Origin: a virus
Taxonomy: Duplodnaviria > Heunggongvirae > Uroviricota > Caudoviricetes
DNA: 30,200 nucleotides
Direction: 5' to 3' (one strand)
Virus record (IMG/VR): IMGVR_UViG_2778261160_000004
Position 1 is the stretch's first letter, and each line of letters begins with the position of its first letter. This document shows, piece after piece, positions 18,433 to 30,200 of this stretch. The notes beneath the pieces are model-generated. The model was not told the DNA's origin. It made no database searches and was given only the letters and a program-made list of their open reading frames with translations. Made by a program: the position numbers and the translations under genes.

Positions 18433-18794
18433 GGTAATATTAAATCGGAACATTTACATCGCGGAATGTAAAATTTAAATAAAAAGGACTTTTCCATGAG
18501 CCAAAATTCCTCAAATCTTAAGGGTAAGATAAAAGGTCTTAATCAGAATGACACGTTTTATTAATAAATAAAGCTATTCTTTCATTGCTGTGTTTTTCTT
18601 TACAAAAGTAATCCTTGCTATGGGTGGTTAATCATGCGTTAATGGTGTTCTGGTTTGTTACAAATTTATCTGAAGCAGTCATTGTTATAATTTTATTATT
18701 TGTACCTCTTGAGATTTCCTTGTTGGTTTTTCTCTCTGATATTTTTTTTCGGACCATTCTGCCCAAGGGCTAATTTCTTCAAAAGGTAATAATT

Positions 18795-19007
18795 ATGTCT
18801 AACAAAATGACTGGTTTAGTGAAATGGTTTAACCCTGAAAAAGGTTTTGGTTTCATCACGCCGAAAGATGGCAGCAAAGATGTGTTTGTCCATTTCTCAG
18901 CAATTCAGAGCAACGATTTCAAAACATTAACTGAGAATCAGGAAGTTGAATTTGGTATTGAGAACGGACCTAAAGGTCCTGCCGCTGTTCATGTAGTGGC
19001 GCTTTGA
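18795..19007 (+). CDS. cspI: Cold-shock protein CspI
   Basis: 70 aa: [70 protein letters not shown]. Long upstream leader (about 18620-18794). Confidence 0.9.
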   Translation: MSNKMTGLVKWFNPEKGFGFITPKDGSKDVFVHFSAIQSNDFKTLTENQEVEFGIENGPKGPAAVHVVAL

Positions 19008-19212
19008 GGTAGACAATATTACAAACCATATTCACTTTAGATGCCCGTGTTGTCATGGTTCCCAGTATAGAACATCATCTTTTGATGTTTCTGACATGAA
19101 TCCTTTCGGGGCAAAATGTATCTTTTGTAAATCAATGATGATTACATTTGATAATATTTCACAATACTTAAATGCCAGCCGTCTGTCGTTGGATTTAAAA
19201 AAGTGAAAATGA

Positions 19213-19236
19213 AGGCTCCTTCGGGAGCTTTTTTGC
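19213..19236 (+). terminator. Rho-independent terminator (GCTCC-TTCG-GGAGC plus TTTTTT)
   Basis: Read directly. Confidence 0.55.
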
Positions 19237-19278
19237 TTGGTATCTATTCGATGGATACTCACATACTACGGTAACATC

Positions 19279-19509
19279 ATGAAAAAAATCATAGTTTTTT
19301 TTAACTCTGAACCAGCAGTGGTAGTGCCAGCGATGACTGGAGTTAACACCATCATGCGTGAATATCCAAATGGCGAAAAAACACACCTTACTGTAATGGC
19401 CGCAGGGTTTCCATCTCTGACCGGAGATCATAAAGTCATTTATGTAGCCGCGGATCGACATGTTACTTCAGAAGAAATTCTGGAAGCAGCAATAAGGCTC
19501 TTGAGTTGA
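19279..19509 (+). CDS. Hypothetical small protein
   Basis: 76 aa from ATG 19279; weak ribosome-binding site. Start uncertain (ORF-track start is 19237). Confidence 0.4.
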   Translation: MKKIIVFFNSEPAVVVPAMTGVNTIMREYPNGEKTHLTVMAAGFPSLTGDHKVIYVAADRHVTSEEILEAAIRLLS

Positions 19510-19680
19510 TTTGATGCTATTGTATTGATAATTCAGGAAAATTCTCTTTGTCTGTTTGTGTAAAATTTAGACTATCGTATGTTGATTATTGCGATGTTTC
19601 ATCTTATCTTTTACACGTTTGCACCATATAATCGACTTACTGTGTAACTGGAAAGTCATAACAGACTAAAAGAGGAAATG

Positions 19681-19854
19681 ATGAATATTGAAAACTTAAA
19701 AACAAAAGCAGAAGCAGATATTTCTGAATATATAACAAAAAAAATTATTGAACTTAAGAAAAAGACCGGGAAAGAAGTTACCAGTATTCAGTTTACCGCA
19801 CGGGAAAAAATGACGGGTCTTGAAAGCTATGATGTCAAGATTAATTTAATCTGA
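19681..19854 (+). CDS. gnsB: GnsB-like protein
   Basis: 57 aa: MNIENLKTKAEADISEYITKKIIELKKKTGKEVTSIQFTAREKMTGLESYDVKINLI, resembling GnsA/GnsB as recalled. AGAGGA ribosome-binding site. Below the ORF-track length cut-off. Confidence 0.75.
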   Translation: MNIENLKTKAEADISEYITKKIIELKKKTGKEVTSIQFTAREKMTGLESYDVKINLI

Positions 19855-20005
19855 TGTATTCAATAATAAAATTTATCCATAAACCTCGTTTTTACGGGGG
19901 TTTGTTATATTTGAATGGTTCCGAATATCTAAATCACAATTGTTGATGGTTTTTATTAAACCAATGCAGTCCGGCTCAGGAGTGAGAGAAGCCGGACGTT
20001 ATGGT

Positions 20006-20416
20006 TTAGCGTGGTAAGATCTGTGTAGTTTTCTGGATGCTTTCAGTAAATAGTAATGAGTTATCAAAGGCATAGTAATATCTTTGGTGTTCCTGGATAT
20101 TTGTAACCCATCGGAAAACTCCTGCTTTAGCAAGATTTTCCCTGTATTGTTGAAATGTGATTTCTTTTGATTTCAACTTATTATAGGAGGTCTCTATAAG
20201 ATGTTTGTTTCTGGAGAATTTAACATTTACAACCTTTTTGAGTCCTTTTACTAACACTATGTTGTCGTTTTCTAACACAATGTGAATATTATCTGTGGCT
20301 AAATAGTAAATATAAAGTGAGATATTGTGACGTTTTAGCTCAGAATAAAATAATTCACAGTTTAAATCTTTACGCACTTGATCGAATATTTCTTTAAAAA
20401 TGGCAGCCTGAGCCAT
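20006..20416 (-). CDS. ydfO: YdfO-like protein (DUF1398)
   Basis: 136 aa from internal ATG (GGAAGG 9 nt upstream). Position and length match ydfO of K-12 Qin. Confidence 0.65.
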   Translation of the reverse strand: MAQAAIFKEIFDQVRKDLNCELFYSELKRHNISLYIYYLATDNIHIVLENDNIVLVKGLKKVVNVKFSRNKHLIETSYNKLKSKEITFQQYRENLAKAGVFRWVTNIQEHQRYYYAFDNSLLFTESIQKTTQILPR

Positions 20417-20716
20417 TGGTAAACCTTCCATGTGATACGATGGCGCGTAGTTTGCATTATCGTGTTTATTGTTTCAATCTGGTCTGACCTCTTTGTGTTT
20501 TGTTGATGATTTATGTCAAATATTAAGCCTGTTTTTAATGAATAGTGTTGATTGCGTAACAAAATTGAGCCTTGCTGGCATCCAGGAGGGATATGCAACC
20601 GACAGATGTATGTAAGGTCGATGTACTCAAACTTTCATACTTTTCCTCTTTTATGCAGTAAGATTTGAAGTAATATTTTAACCGCTAGATGACGAGCAAA
20701 CGCATGGAGCGACAAA

Positions 20717-20923
20717 ATGAATAAAGAACAATCTGCTGATGAACTCTCGTTGGATCTGATTCGTGTAAAAAATATGCTTAATAGCACCATTTCTATGAGT
20801 TACCCGGATGTTGTAATTGCATGTATAGAACATCAGGTGTCTCTGGAAGCATTCAGGGCAATTGAGGCAGCGTTGGTGAAGCACGATAAGAATTCGAAGG
20901 ATTATTCCCTGGTGGTTGACTGA
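20717..20923 (+). CDS. Hypothetical small protein (ynfO position)
   Basis: 68-aa ORF between ydfO and the cos/Nu1 region. Assigned by synteny only. Confidence 0.45.
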   Translation: MNKEQSADELSLDLIRVKNMLNSTISMSYPDVVIACIEHQVSLEAFRAIEAALVKHDKNSKDYSLVVD

Positions 20924-21247
20924 GCACCATAACTGCTAATCATTCAAACTATTTCACCTGTGACAGAGTCAATATCGCATTCTGTCACTGTCAGGCTAAT
21001 ACAGAGCTGCAATTCAACTACTGCAATGTCCTCGTAATTAGGTGAATTTACAATATCGTCCTGTTCGGATGCCGGCTGCATTGCTGAAGATGAGGCATTT
21101 ATGGTTCGCATATTTTCCCCTCATGCTCGTCAGTCCTGTGCGTAGGAAGAAACAGGACACTCACACTAATTTGTGTGGGCATGCTGTGATGTCCTTCTGA
21201 ATTATTCCTATGCCATTATGTAAAGCGCTGTATCAGATGCTCGTCAC

Positions 21248-21279
21248 GGCTGTCAGGCTGTCAGGCTGTCAGGCTGTCG
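21248..21279. repeat. Tandem octamer repeat (GGCTGTCA, about 3.5 copies) next to the cos region
   Basis: Read directly: GGCTGTCAGGCTGTCAGGCTGTCAGGCTGTCGG. Confidence 0.7.
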
Positions 21280-21289
21280 GGTCCTCCCG

Positions 21290-21345
21290 GTGGGGGCCCC
21301 TGCCACGGGGCGGGAGCGTCGCGGAAAAAGGCTAGTTTTTGAAAT
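21290..21345. other. cos site (cosN-like) for terminase cleavage
   Basis: ACGGGGCGGGAGCGTCGCGGAAAAAGGCTAGTTTTTGAAATTTTATTCG parallels lambda cos (ACGGGGCGGCGACCTCGCGGGTTTTCGCTATTTATGAAAATTTTCCGG, from memory). Lies upstream of the Nu1-like gene. Confidence 0.55.
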
Positions 21346-21492
21346 TTTATTCGTCATCACCACTACTGTAATTGATTGATATTACAGTGGTTTTATTTTT
21401 ATGGTGTCGATTCTGATTGTTTTTTGTTCATCACTAACACCGTTTGCCTAAAGTTGTTCGCAGATGCATGTTTAAAACATTCTGGAGCGGGT

Positions 21493-24482
<2,990 letters not shown>

Positions 24483-24548
24483 ATTTTATAACCCATAACG
24501 GGCGTCAGAAATGACGCCTTTTTTATTGCAGAAAAGCGAGAGGTAATT

Positions 24549-24719
24549 ATGCGTAAACTTTATGCCGCCATTTTGTCCGCAGCCATCTGTCTGGCCGTAT
24601 CCGGTGCGCCTGCATGGGCGTCTGAACATCAGTCCACGCTGAGCGCGGGCTATCTTCATGCCTCGACGAACGTTTCCGGCAGCGATGATCTGAACGGGAT
24701 TAACGTGAAATACCGTTAA
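24549..24719 (+). pseudogene. lom: lom fragment (N-terminal 56 codons of the lambda Lom outer-membrane protein gene)
   Basis: [56 protein letters not shown] then stop; matches the start of lambda Lom as recalled. Confidence 0.7.
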
Positions 24720-24864
24720 CAGCACTTCCGAGTCACTGGCGGCAACGCCAAAAGCAGTTAAGGCCGCGTATGACCTGGCTAACGGGAAATACACCGCACA
24801 GGATGCAACGACAGCACAGAAAGGGATAGTACAGCTCAGCAGCGCGACCAACAGCACATCTGAA

Positions 24865-26319
24865 ATGCTGGCGGCAACGCCAAAGGCAGTAAAAGCAGCC
24901 AATGACAATGCTGAGAAACGTCTGCAGAAAGATCAGAACGGTGCGGATATCCCTGGCAAAGACACCTTTACGAAAAATATTGGTGCCTGCCGTGCCTTCG
25001 GTGGGTCAGTAAGCACAACAACAGGAAACTGGACGACTGCACAGTTTATCGAGTGGCTGGATTCTCAGGGAGCATTTAACCATCCATACTGGATGTGCAA
25101 GGGTTCCTGGTCTTATGGCAATAATAAAATCATTACTGATACTGGCTGCGGTAATATTCATCTCGCCGGAGCTGTCATTGAAGTAATGGGGATAAAGTCA
25201 GCGATGACGATCCGCATTACCACTCCGACCACATCCAGCGGTGGCGGAACAATCAACGCCCAGTTTACCTATATTAATCACGGAACAGATTATTCACCTG
25301 GCTGGCGAAGGGACTATAACTCCAGAAATAAGCCAACGGCATCAGAGATCGGGGCGCTACCGTCAGGTGGAACAGCAGTATCATCAGTTAATCTGGCTTC
25401 AAAAGGTCGGGTAGCCGCGCTGACAGACAATACGCAGGGGGCAGCAGGTCTTGAGTTATACGAGGTGTATAACAACGGATATCCAACAGCGTATGGAAAT
25501 ATCATTCACCTGAAAGGGATGACAGCCGTTGGCGAAGGTGAGTTACTCATCGGCTGGAGTGGTACAAGCGGTGCTCATGCTCCGGCATTTATTCGTTCAC
25601 GACGGGATACGACCGACGCAAACTGGTCGCCGTGGGCGCAGCTTTACACCTCGGCTCATCCTCCTGCAGAGTTTTATCCAGTCGGTGCACCAATCCCGTG
25701 GCCATCAGATACCGTTCCGTCTGGTTATGCCCTGATGCAGGGGCAGACTTTTGACAAATCTGCTTACCCGAAACTTGCAGCCGCTTATCCGTCAGGCGTG
25801 ATCCCTGATATGCGTGGCTGGACGATTAAGGGCAAACCTGCCAGTGGTCGGGCCGTATTGTCTCAGGAACAGGACGGCATTAAATCGCACACCCACAGCG
25901 CCAGCGCATCCAGTACGGATTTGGGGACGAAAACCACATCGTCGTTTGATTACGGCACTAAATCCACGAATAACACCGGGGCGCATACGCACAGTGTGAG
26001 CGGTACAGCCGCAAGTGCCGGAAACCATACTCATAGTGTCACAGGCGCATCAGCAATCAGCCAGTGGTCACAAAATGGGTCAGTACATAAGGTAGTGTCT
26101 GCGGCCAGTGTGAATACAAGTGCTGCAGGAGCGCACACTCATAGTGTCAGCGGCACAGCTGCATCTGCAGGTGCTCACGCACATACTGTCGGTATTGGTG
26201 CTCATACGCACTCCGTTGCGATTGGTTCACATGGACACACCATCACCGTTAACGCTGCTGGTAACGCGGAAAACACCGTCAAAAACATCGCATTTAACTA
26301 TATTGTGAGGCTTGCATAA
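24865..26319 (+). CDS. stfQ: Side tail fibre protein, N-terminally truncated fragment
   Basis: Repeated SE(S/M)[11 protein letters not shown] motif at the junction, then repeats GAHTHS(V/A)SGTAASAG. The frame is open from about 24709 with no start codon until ATG 24865 and no Shine-Dalgarno, so expression is doubtful. Confidence 0.6.
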   Translation: MLAATPKAVKAANDNAEKRLQKDQNGADIPGKDTFTKNIGACRAFGGSVSTTTGNWTTAQFIEWLDSQGAFNHPYWMCKGSWSYGNNKIITDTGCGNIHLAGAVIEVMGIKSAMTIRITTPTTSSGGGTINAQFTYINHGTDYSPGWRRDYNSRNKPTASEIGALPSGGTAVSSVNLASKGRVAALTDNTQGAAGLELYEVYNNGYPTAYGNIIHLKGMTAVGEGELLIGWSGTSGAHAPAFIRSRRDTTDANWSPWAQLYTSAHPPAEFYPVGAPIPWPSDTVPSGYALMQGQTFDKSAYPKLAAAYPSGVIPDMRGWTIKGKPASGRAVLSQEQDGIKSHTHSASASSTDLGTKTTSSFDYGTKSTNNTGAHTHSVSGTAASAGNHTHSVTGASAISQWSQNGSVHKVVSAASVNTSAAGAHTHSVSGTAASAGAHAHTVGIGAHTHSVAIGSHGHTITVNAAGNAENTVKNIAFNYIVRLA

Positions 26320-26894
26320 TGGCATTCAGAATGAGTGAACAACCACGGACCATAAAAATTTATAATCTGCTGGCCGGAACTAATGAATTTATTGGTGAAG
26401 GTGATGCATATATTCCGCCTCATACAGGTCTGCCAGCAAACAGTACCGATATTGCACCGCCAGATATTCCGGCAGGCTTCGTGGCTGTTTTCAACAGTGA
26501 TGAGGCATCGTGGCATCTTGTTGAAGACCATCGGGGTAAAACAGTTTATGACGTGGCATCAGGGGACGCGTTATTTATTTCTGAACTCGGTCCGTTACCG
26601 GAAAATGTTACCTGGTTATCGCCGGAAGGGGAGTTTCAGAAGTGGAACGGCACAGCCTGGGTGAAGGATACGGAAGCAGAAAAACTGTTCCGGATCCGGG
26701 AGGCGGAAGAAACAAAAAACAACCTGATGCAGGTAGCCAGTGAGCATATTGCGCCGCTTCAGGATGCTGCAGATCTGGAAATTGCAACGGAGGAAGAAAT
26801 CTCGTTGCTGGAAGCATGGAAAAAGTATCGGGTATTGCTGAACCGTGTTGATACGTCAACTGCACAGGATATTGAATGGCCAGCACTGCCGTAG
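26319..26894 (+). CDS. tfaQ: Tail fibre assembly protein
   Basis: 191 aa; start overlaps the stf stop (ATAATGG). Position and size typical of Tfa. Confidence 0.8.
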   Translation: MAFRMSEQPRTIKIYNLLAGTNEFIGEGDAYIPPHTGLPANSTDIAPPDIPAGFVAVFNSDEASWHLVEDHRGKTVYDVASGDALFISELGPLPENVTWLSPEGEFQKWNGTAWVKDTEAEKLFRIREAEETKNNLMQVASEHIAPLQDAADLEIATEEEISLLEAWKKYRVLLNRVDTSTAQDIEWPALP

Positions 26895-26991
26895 GGTAAA
26901 ACATATAAATTCTATAATTAGATGTATCTTTCCATTTACGGCAAGGAAGGGGGCTTGGAAGACGTAAAGCATCTCACACCGAGATTATTTT

Positions 26992-27582
26992 TTATATGTC
27001 AGGTGTCTGAAGTTTTGCTTTGGCTCTTAAAATGGTTTGCCGCGAGGTTTTGAATTCCCGGGCAATGGCACTTATACTTACACCTGACTTAATTCGTTCG
27101 AATACCACCTGTTTCTGTTCTTCATTTAACACAGGTGGTCGACCAAAACGTTTCCCTGCGCCGCGGGCTCTTACTATCCCGGAATGAGTGCGTTCAAGTA
27201 AAAGGTCTCGTTCAAATTCAGCGACTGCTGAAATTACTTGCATCATCATTTTTCCTGTTGGACTGGTCAGGTCAATGCCCCCCAATGCTAAGCAATGCAC
27301 TCTGATACCTGTTTCGGTCAGTTGTTCCACTGTTTTCCTGATATCCATTGCATTACAACCAAGGCGATCCAGTTTTGTCACAATCAATTGATCACCACAT
27401 TTCAGGCGAGCAAGCAACCGGTTAAAACCAGGACGCTCACTGGTTGCTGCTGAGCCGCTAATGTGTTCTTCGATTATTTGCTGAGGTTTGATTTTAAAAC
27501 CTGCACTTTCGATTTCCCGGCGTTGATTTTCGGTGGTCTGATCCAGCGTTGATATCCGACAGTAAGCAAAAATTCGAGACAT
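26992..27582 (-). CDS. pinQ: Serine DNA invertase (Pin/Gin/Hin family)
   Basis: 196 aa. N-terminal catalytic region [20 protein letters not shown]… with active-site Ser in the R-I-S-T context; C-terminal HTH. Convergent with tfa. Confidence 0.9.
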
Positions 27583-27898
27583 AGTGAGACTCTATACGAA
27601 ATTGGTGTTCATATCATAATGCATCTCAGAAAATAATTTTGATTATTTTTGTGCATATTTGTATGTACACGTTCGAAAATAAACGAATGCGTATGCAACC
27701 CCGTAATTTTGGTGAGACCCAAAATCGATTTTGTGAAAAATGGCTTTAACTCGGTTTGTTTTTCGAGTTCCGGGCGGACTCAAGGAAGAAGAATAGTGTT
27801 GCGTGTTATTTTAACCAGATTTCAAGTTGTTTGGTCGTGGAAAAGTGGAGCAAAATGTTGTTAAAGTGGAAAAATGATAAAAAAGTAAGTTTATTATA

Positions 27899-28132
27899 TT
27901 ACATTTTACCATTTAAATTTTGGTTGTCTTTAAGAACTGATATCGCTGTTTGTAATAATTCTTTGTTATCCAGCCATGATTTTTTCTTTATGTTTCCTTC
28001 AATGTAATCAAGCAATGTTCTGGTATTGATAGGTCTTCCCTGTTTTGCTACTTCCACTACAGCATCCCCTAGGATAATTCTTACTTCAGGAAGCTGCGCA
28101 GGGAACCACTTTAGGGTGTCTTTTGATTTCAT
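27899..28132 (-). CDS. ydfK: YdfK-like protein
   Basis: 77 aa from internal ATG: MKSKDTLKWFPAQLPEVRIILGDAVVEVAKQGRPINTRTLLDYIEGNIKKKSWLDNKELLQTAISVLKDNQNLNGKM, matching YdfK as recalled. Confidence 0.8.
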   Translation of the reverse strand: MKSKDTLKWFPAQLPEVRIILGDAVVEVAKQGRPINTRTLLDYIEGNIKKKSWLDNKELLQTAISVLKDNQNLNGKM

Positions 28133-28916
28133 GAAGATATTCCTTAAAATATTATTGATTTTCATTGCGATATTGTATGTCTGATTCAGGATATGTTGGC
28201 TTATACATCGGTTTTGTCTGGGTTATTGGATATGCCAATCCCTAATTTTATTAGGGCATGACTAAAAATGCTGAATATGATAAGGAGAGAAGTGATTATC
28301 AGTATGCTGTTCATATAGCCTCGAATTAGTAATGTGTTATATATGATATAGTTGACAATTTTTATCTTGGGTGTTCTTAAAGTTCGTAGATAAACATTGT
28401 CGTTTCAGGTATACAGGAATGCTAACAGGTGGCAGCAAAAATCAGGCGGTTTATGGCGCAAGCTGAAGCGGCAACTGCAAACTATCTTATGCAGAGACTC
28501 TACACGGATTGGGTTTAAAAGTATACATAGATAACAGTTTTTATCTGAAGAAGAAAAATATCAAGGTGATATAGCCTATATGCCTTTGATGCGGAGGAAT
28601 GAATGTGATGGGAGTGATGTATCTGAATAGTTGAAAAACCGCAGACACGCCTTATGCAAGAACGTGCTGCGGTTGGCTGGTAAATTTTTCGATAGTGCGA
28701 GTATTGAATGATTTCCAGCCGTTATTGATTTTACGCGTAAATCCATGAAAAACTACTTATCTGTTGGGGAGTCTTTTTGGGGCATATATGGGACAGAAAT
28801 AGGCCCCAGATAGACACTGAGATCGAACTTAGGATGCTTTTTAAAAAATGCAACTATCTGAAAAAACCTAGAAAACGCCAAGGAAACCACAGGATGGGAA
28901 AAAACACCTGTGAATT

Positions 28917-30200
28917 ATGGATTTCCAGTTATATTCGCTCGGCGCAGCGTTAGTGTTTCATGAAATATTTTTTCCTGAATCATCAACGGCAATGGCGTTA
29001 ATTCTGGCAATGGGAACCTACGGTGCAGGTTATGTGGCGCGTATTGTCGGAGCATTTATTTTCGGCAAAATGGGCGACAGAATAGGGCGTAAAAAAGTGC
29101 TCTTTATTACCATCACCATGATGGGGATCTGTACCACCTTAATTGGTGTGTTACCGACCTATGCACAGATTGGTGTTTTTGCACCCATCTTGCTGGTGAC
29201 GTTGCGTATTATTCAGGGGTTGGGTGCAGGTGCGGAAATTTCCGGTGCCGGTACGATGCTGGCGGAATATGCGCCAAAAGGTAAGCGCGGAATTATCTCC
29301 TCATTTGTGGCTATGGGAACTAACTGCGGAACCTTGAGCGCAACGGCAATCTGGGCCTTTATGTTCTTCATTCTCAGTAAAGAGGAACTGCTGGCGTGGG
29401 GATGGCGTATACCGTTCCTGGCGAGCGTTGTCGTGATGGTCTTTGCTATCTGGTTACGTATGAATCTGAAAGAAAGCCCGGTCTTTGAGAAGGTTAATGA
29501 CAGCAACCAACCCACAGCAAAACCTGCACCTGCTGGTAGCATGTTCCAGAGCAAATCCTTCTGGCTGGCAACAGGGCTGCGTTTTGGTCAGGCGGGTAAC
29601 TCCGGGTTAATTCAGACTTTCCTTGCAGGCTATTTAGTGCAGACGTTATTGTTTAACAAAGCAATTCCAACAGATGCATTGATGATTAGTTCGATTCTCG
29701 GCTTTATGACCATTCCGTTCCTTGGTTGGTTATCCGATAAAATTGGTCGCCGGATCCCGTATATTATTATGAATACCTCCGCGATTGTGCTGGCATGGCC
29801 AATGCTTTCTATCATTGTAGATAAAAGCTATGCCCCGAGCACCATTATGGTTGCACTGATTGTGATTCATAACTGTGCGGTGCTGGGATTATTTGCTCTG
29901 GAAAACATTACCATGGCAGAAATGTTCGGCTGTAAAAACCGCTTTACCCGGATGGCTATTTCTAAAGAAATTGGTGGTCTTATCGCTTCCGGTTTTGGTC
30001 CTATCCTGGCGGGTATTTTCTGCACCATGACGGAATCCTGGTATCCGATCGCCATTATGATCATGGCATATTCAGTAATTGGTTTAATCTCTGCGCTGAA
30101 AATGCCAGAGGTGAAAGACCGTGATTTAAGTGCGCTGGAAGACGCTGCGGAAGATCAACCGCGTGTTGTAAGAGCTGCGCAACCTTCCAGAAGTCTGTAA
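28917..30200 (+). pseudogene. ydfJ: MFS (metabolite:H+ symporter family) transporter, 5'-truncated by prophage insertion
   Basis: 427-aa ORF with about 12 hydrophobic segments and MHS-type motifs (…GKMGDRIGRKK…, …WGWRIPFL…, …GWLSDKIGRR…). It begins at MDFQLY, which aligns to the conserved EWFDF/YG motif and so lacks about 25 N-terminal residues. Matches the Qin-interrupted ydfJ of K-12. Confidence 0.75.

Noticed and set aside
19033-19206. Zinc-finger-like frame (RCPCCHG … CIFCK) between cspI and the terminator
   Set aside because: The Cys motif lies upstream of the first in-frame start codon (ATG at 19096); no ATG, GTG or TTG precedes it. Probably a decayed gene remnant rather than an expressed zinc-ribbon protein.
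24486-24908. 140-aa minus-strand ORF across the lom/stf junction
   Set aside because: Antisense to the recognisable lom fragment and tail-fibre repeat region; no start context. Likely spurious.
27030-27060. Possible Din-family crossover site (CGAGGTTTTGAAT) inside the pin 3' end
   Set aside because: Only about one half-site matches the hix/gix consensus and no inverted partner was found near the tail-fibre genes. Insufficient to call a recombination site.

Overview
The window is almost entirely a Qin-like lambdoid cryptic prophage of Escherichia coli, ending at its right junction with a 5'-truncated MFS transporter gene (ydfJ, 28917-30200). Gene names come from reading the translations against K-12 Qin proteins recalled from memory; no search was run. 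From left to right: integrase, excisionase-like gene and an 823-aa exonuclease (minus strand); the dicB division-inhibition operon with the DicF small RNA; the divergent dicA/dicC immunity switch with palindromic operators; a replication initiator carrying internal iterons; a visibly AT-rich accessory island (about 8.6-12.1 kb); hokD and rem; ydfU and the Q antiterminator; three cold-shock paralogues around an intact lysis cassette; a cos site and small terminase subunit; an in-frame terminase-large/tail-J fusion ORF; a lom fragment, tail-fibre fragment, tail-fibre assembly gene and Pin invertase. The most interesting part is the AT-rich island, which sits where K-12 Qin carries relBE. It holds three uncharacterised cargo genes: an orphan 299-aa protein, and a convergent two-gene operon of a four-helix membrane protein plus a class-I SAM methyltransferase-fold protein. 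I propose these as a candidate undescribed phage-defence or exclusion module; this is inference from position and composition only. No tRNA, rRNA or CRISPR array was seen.
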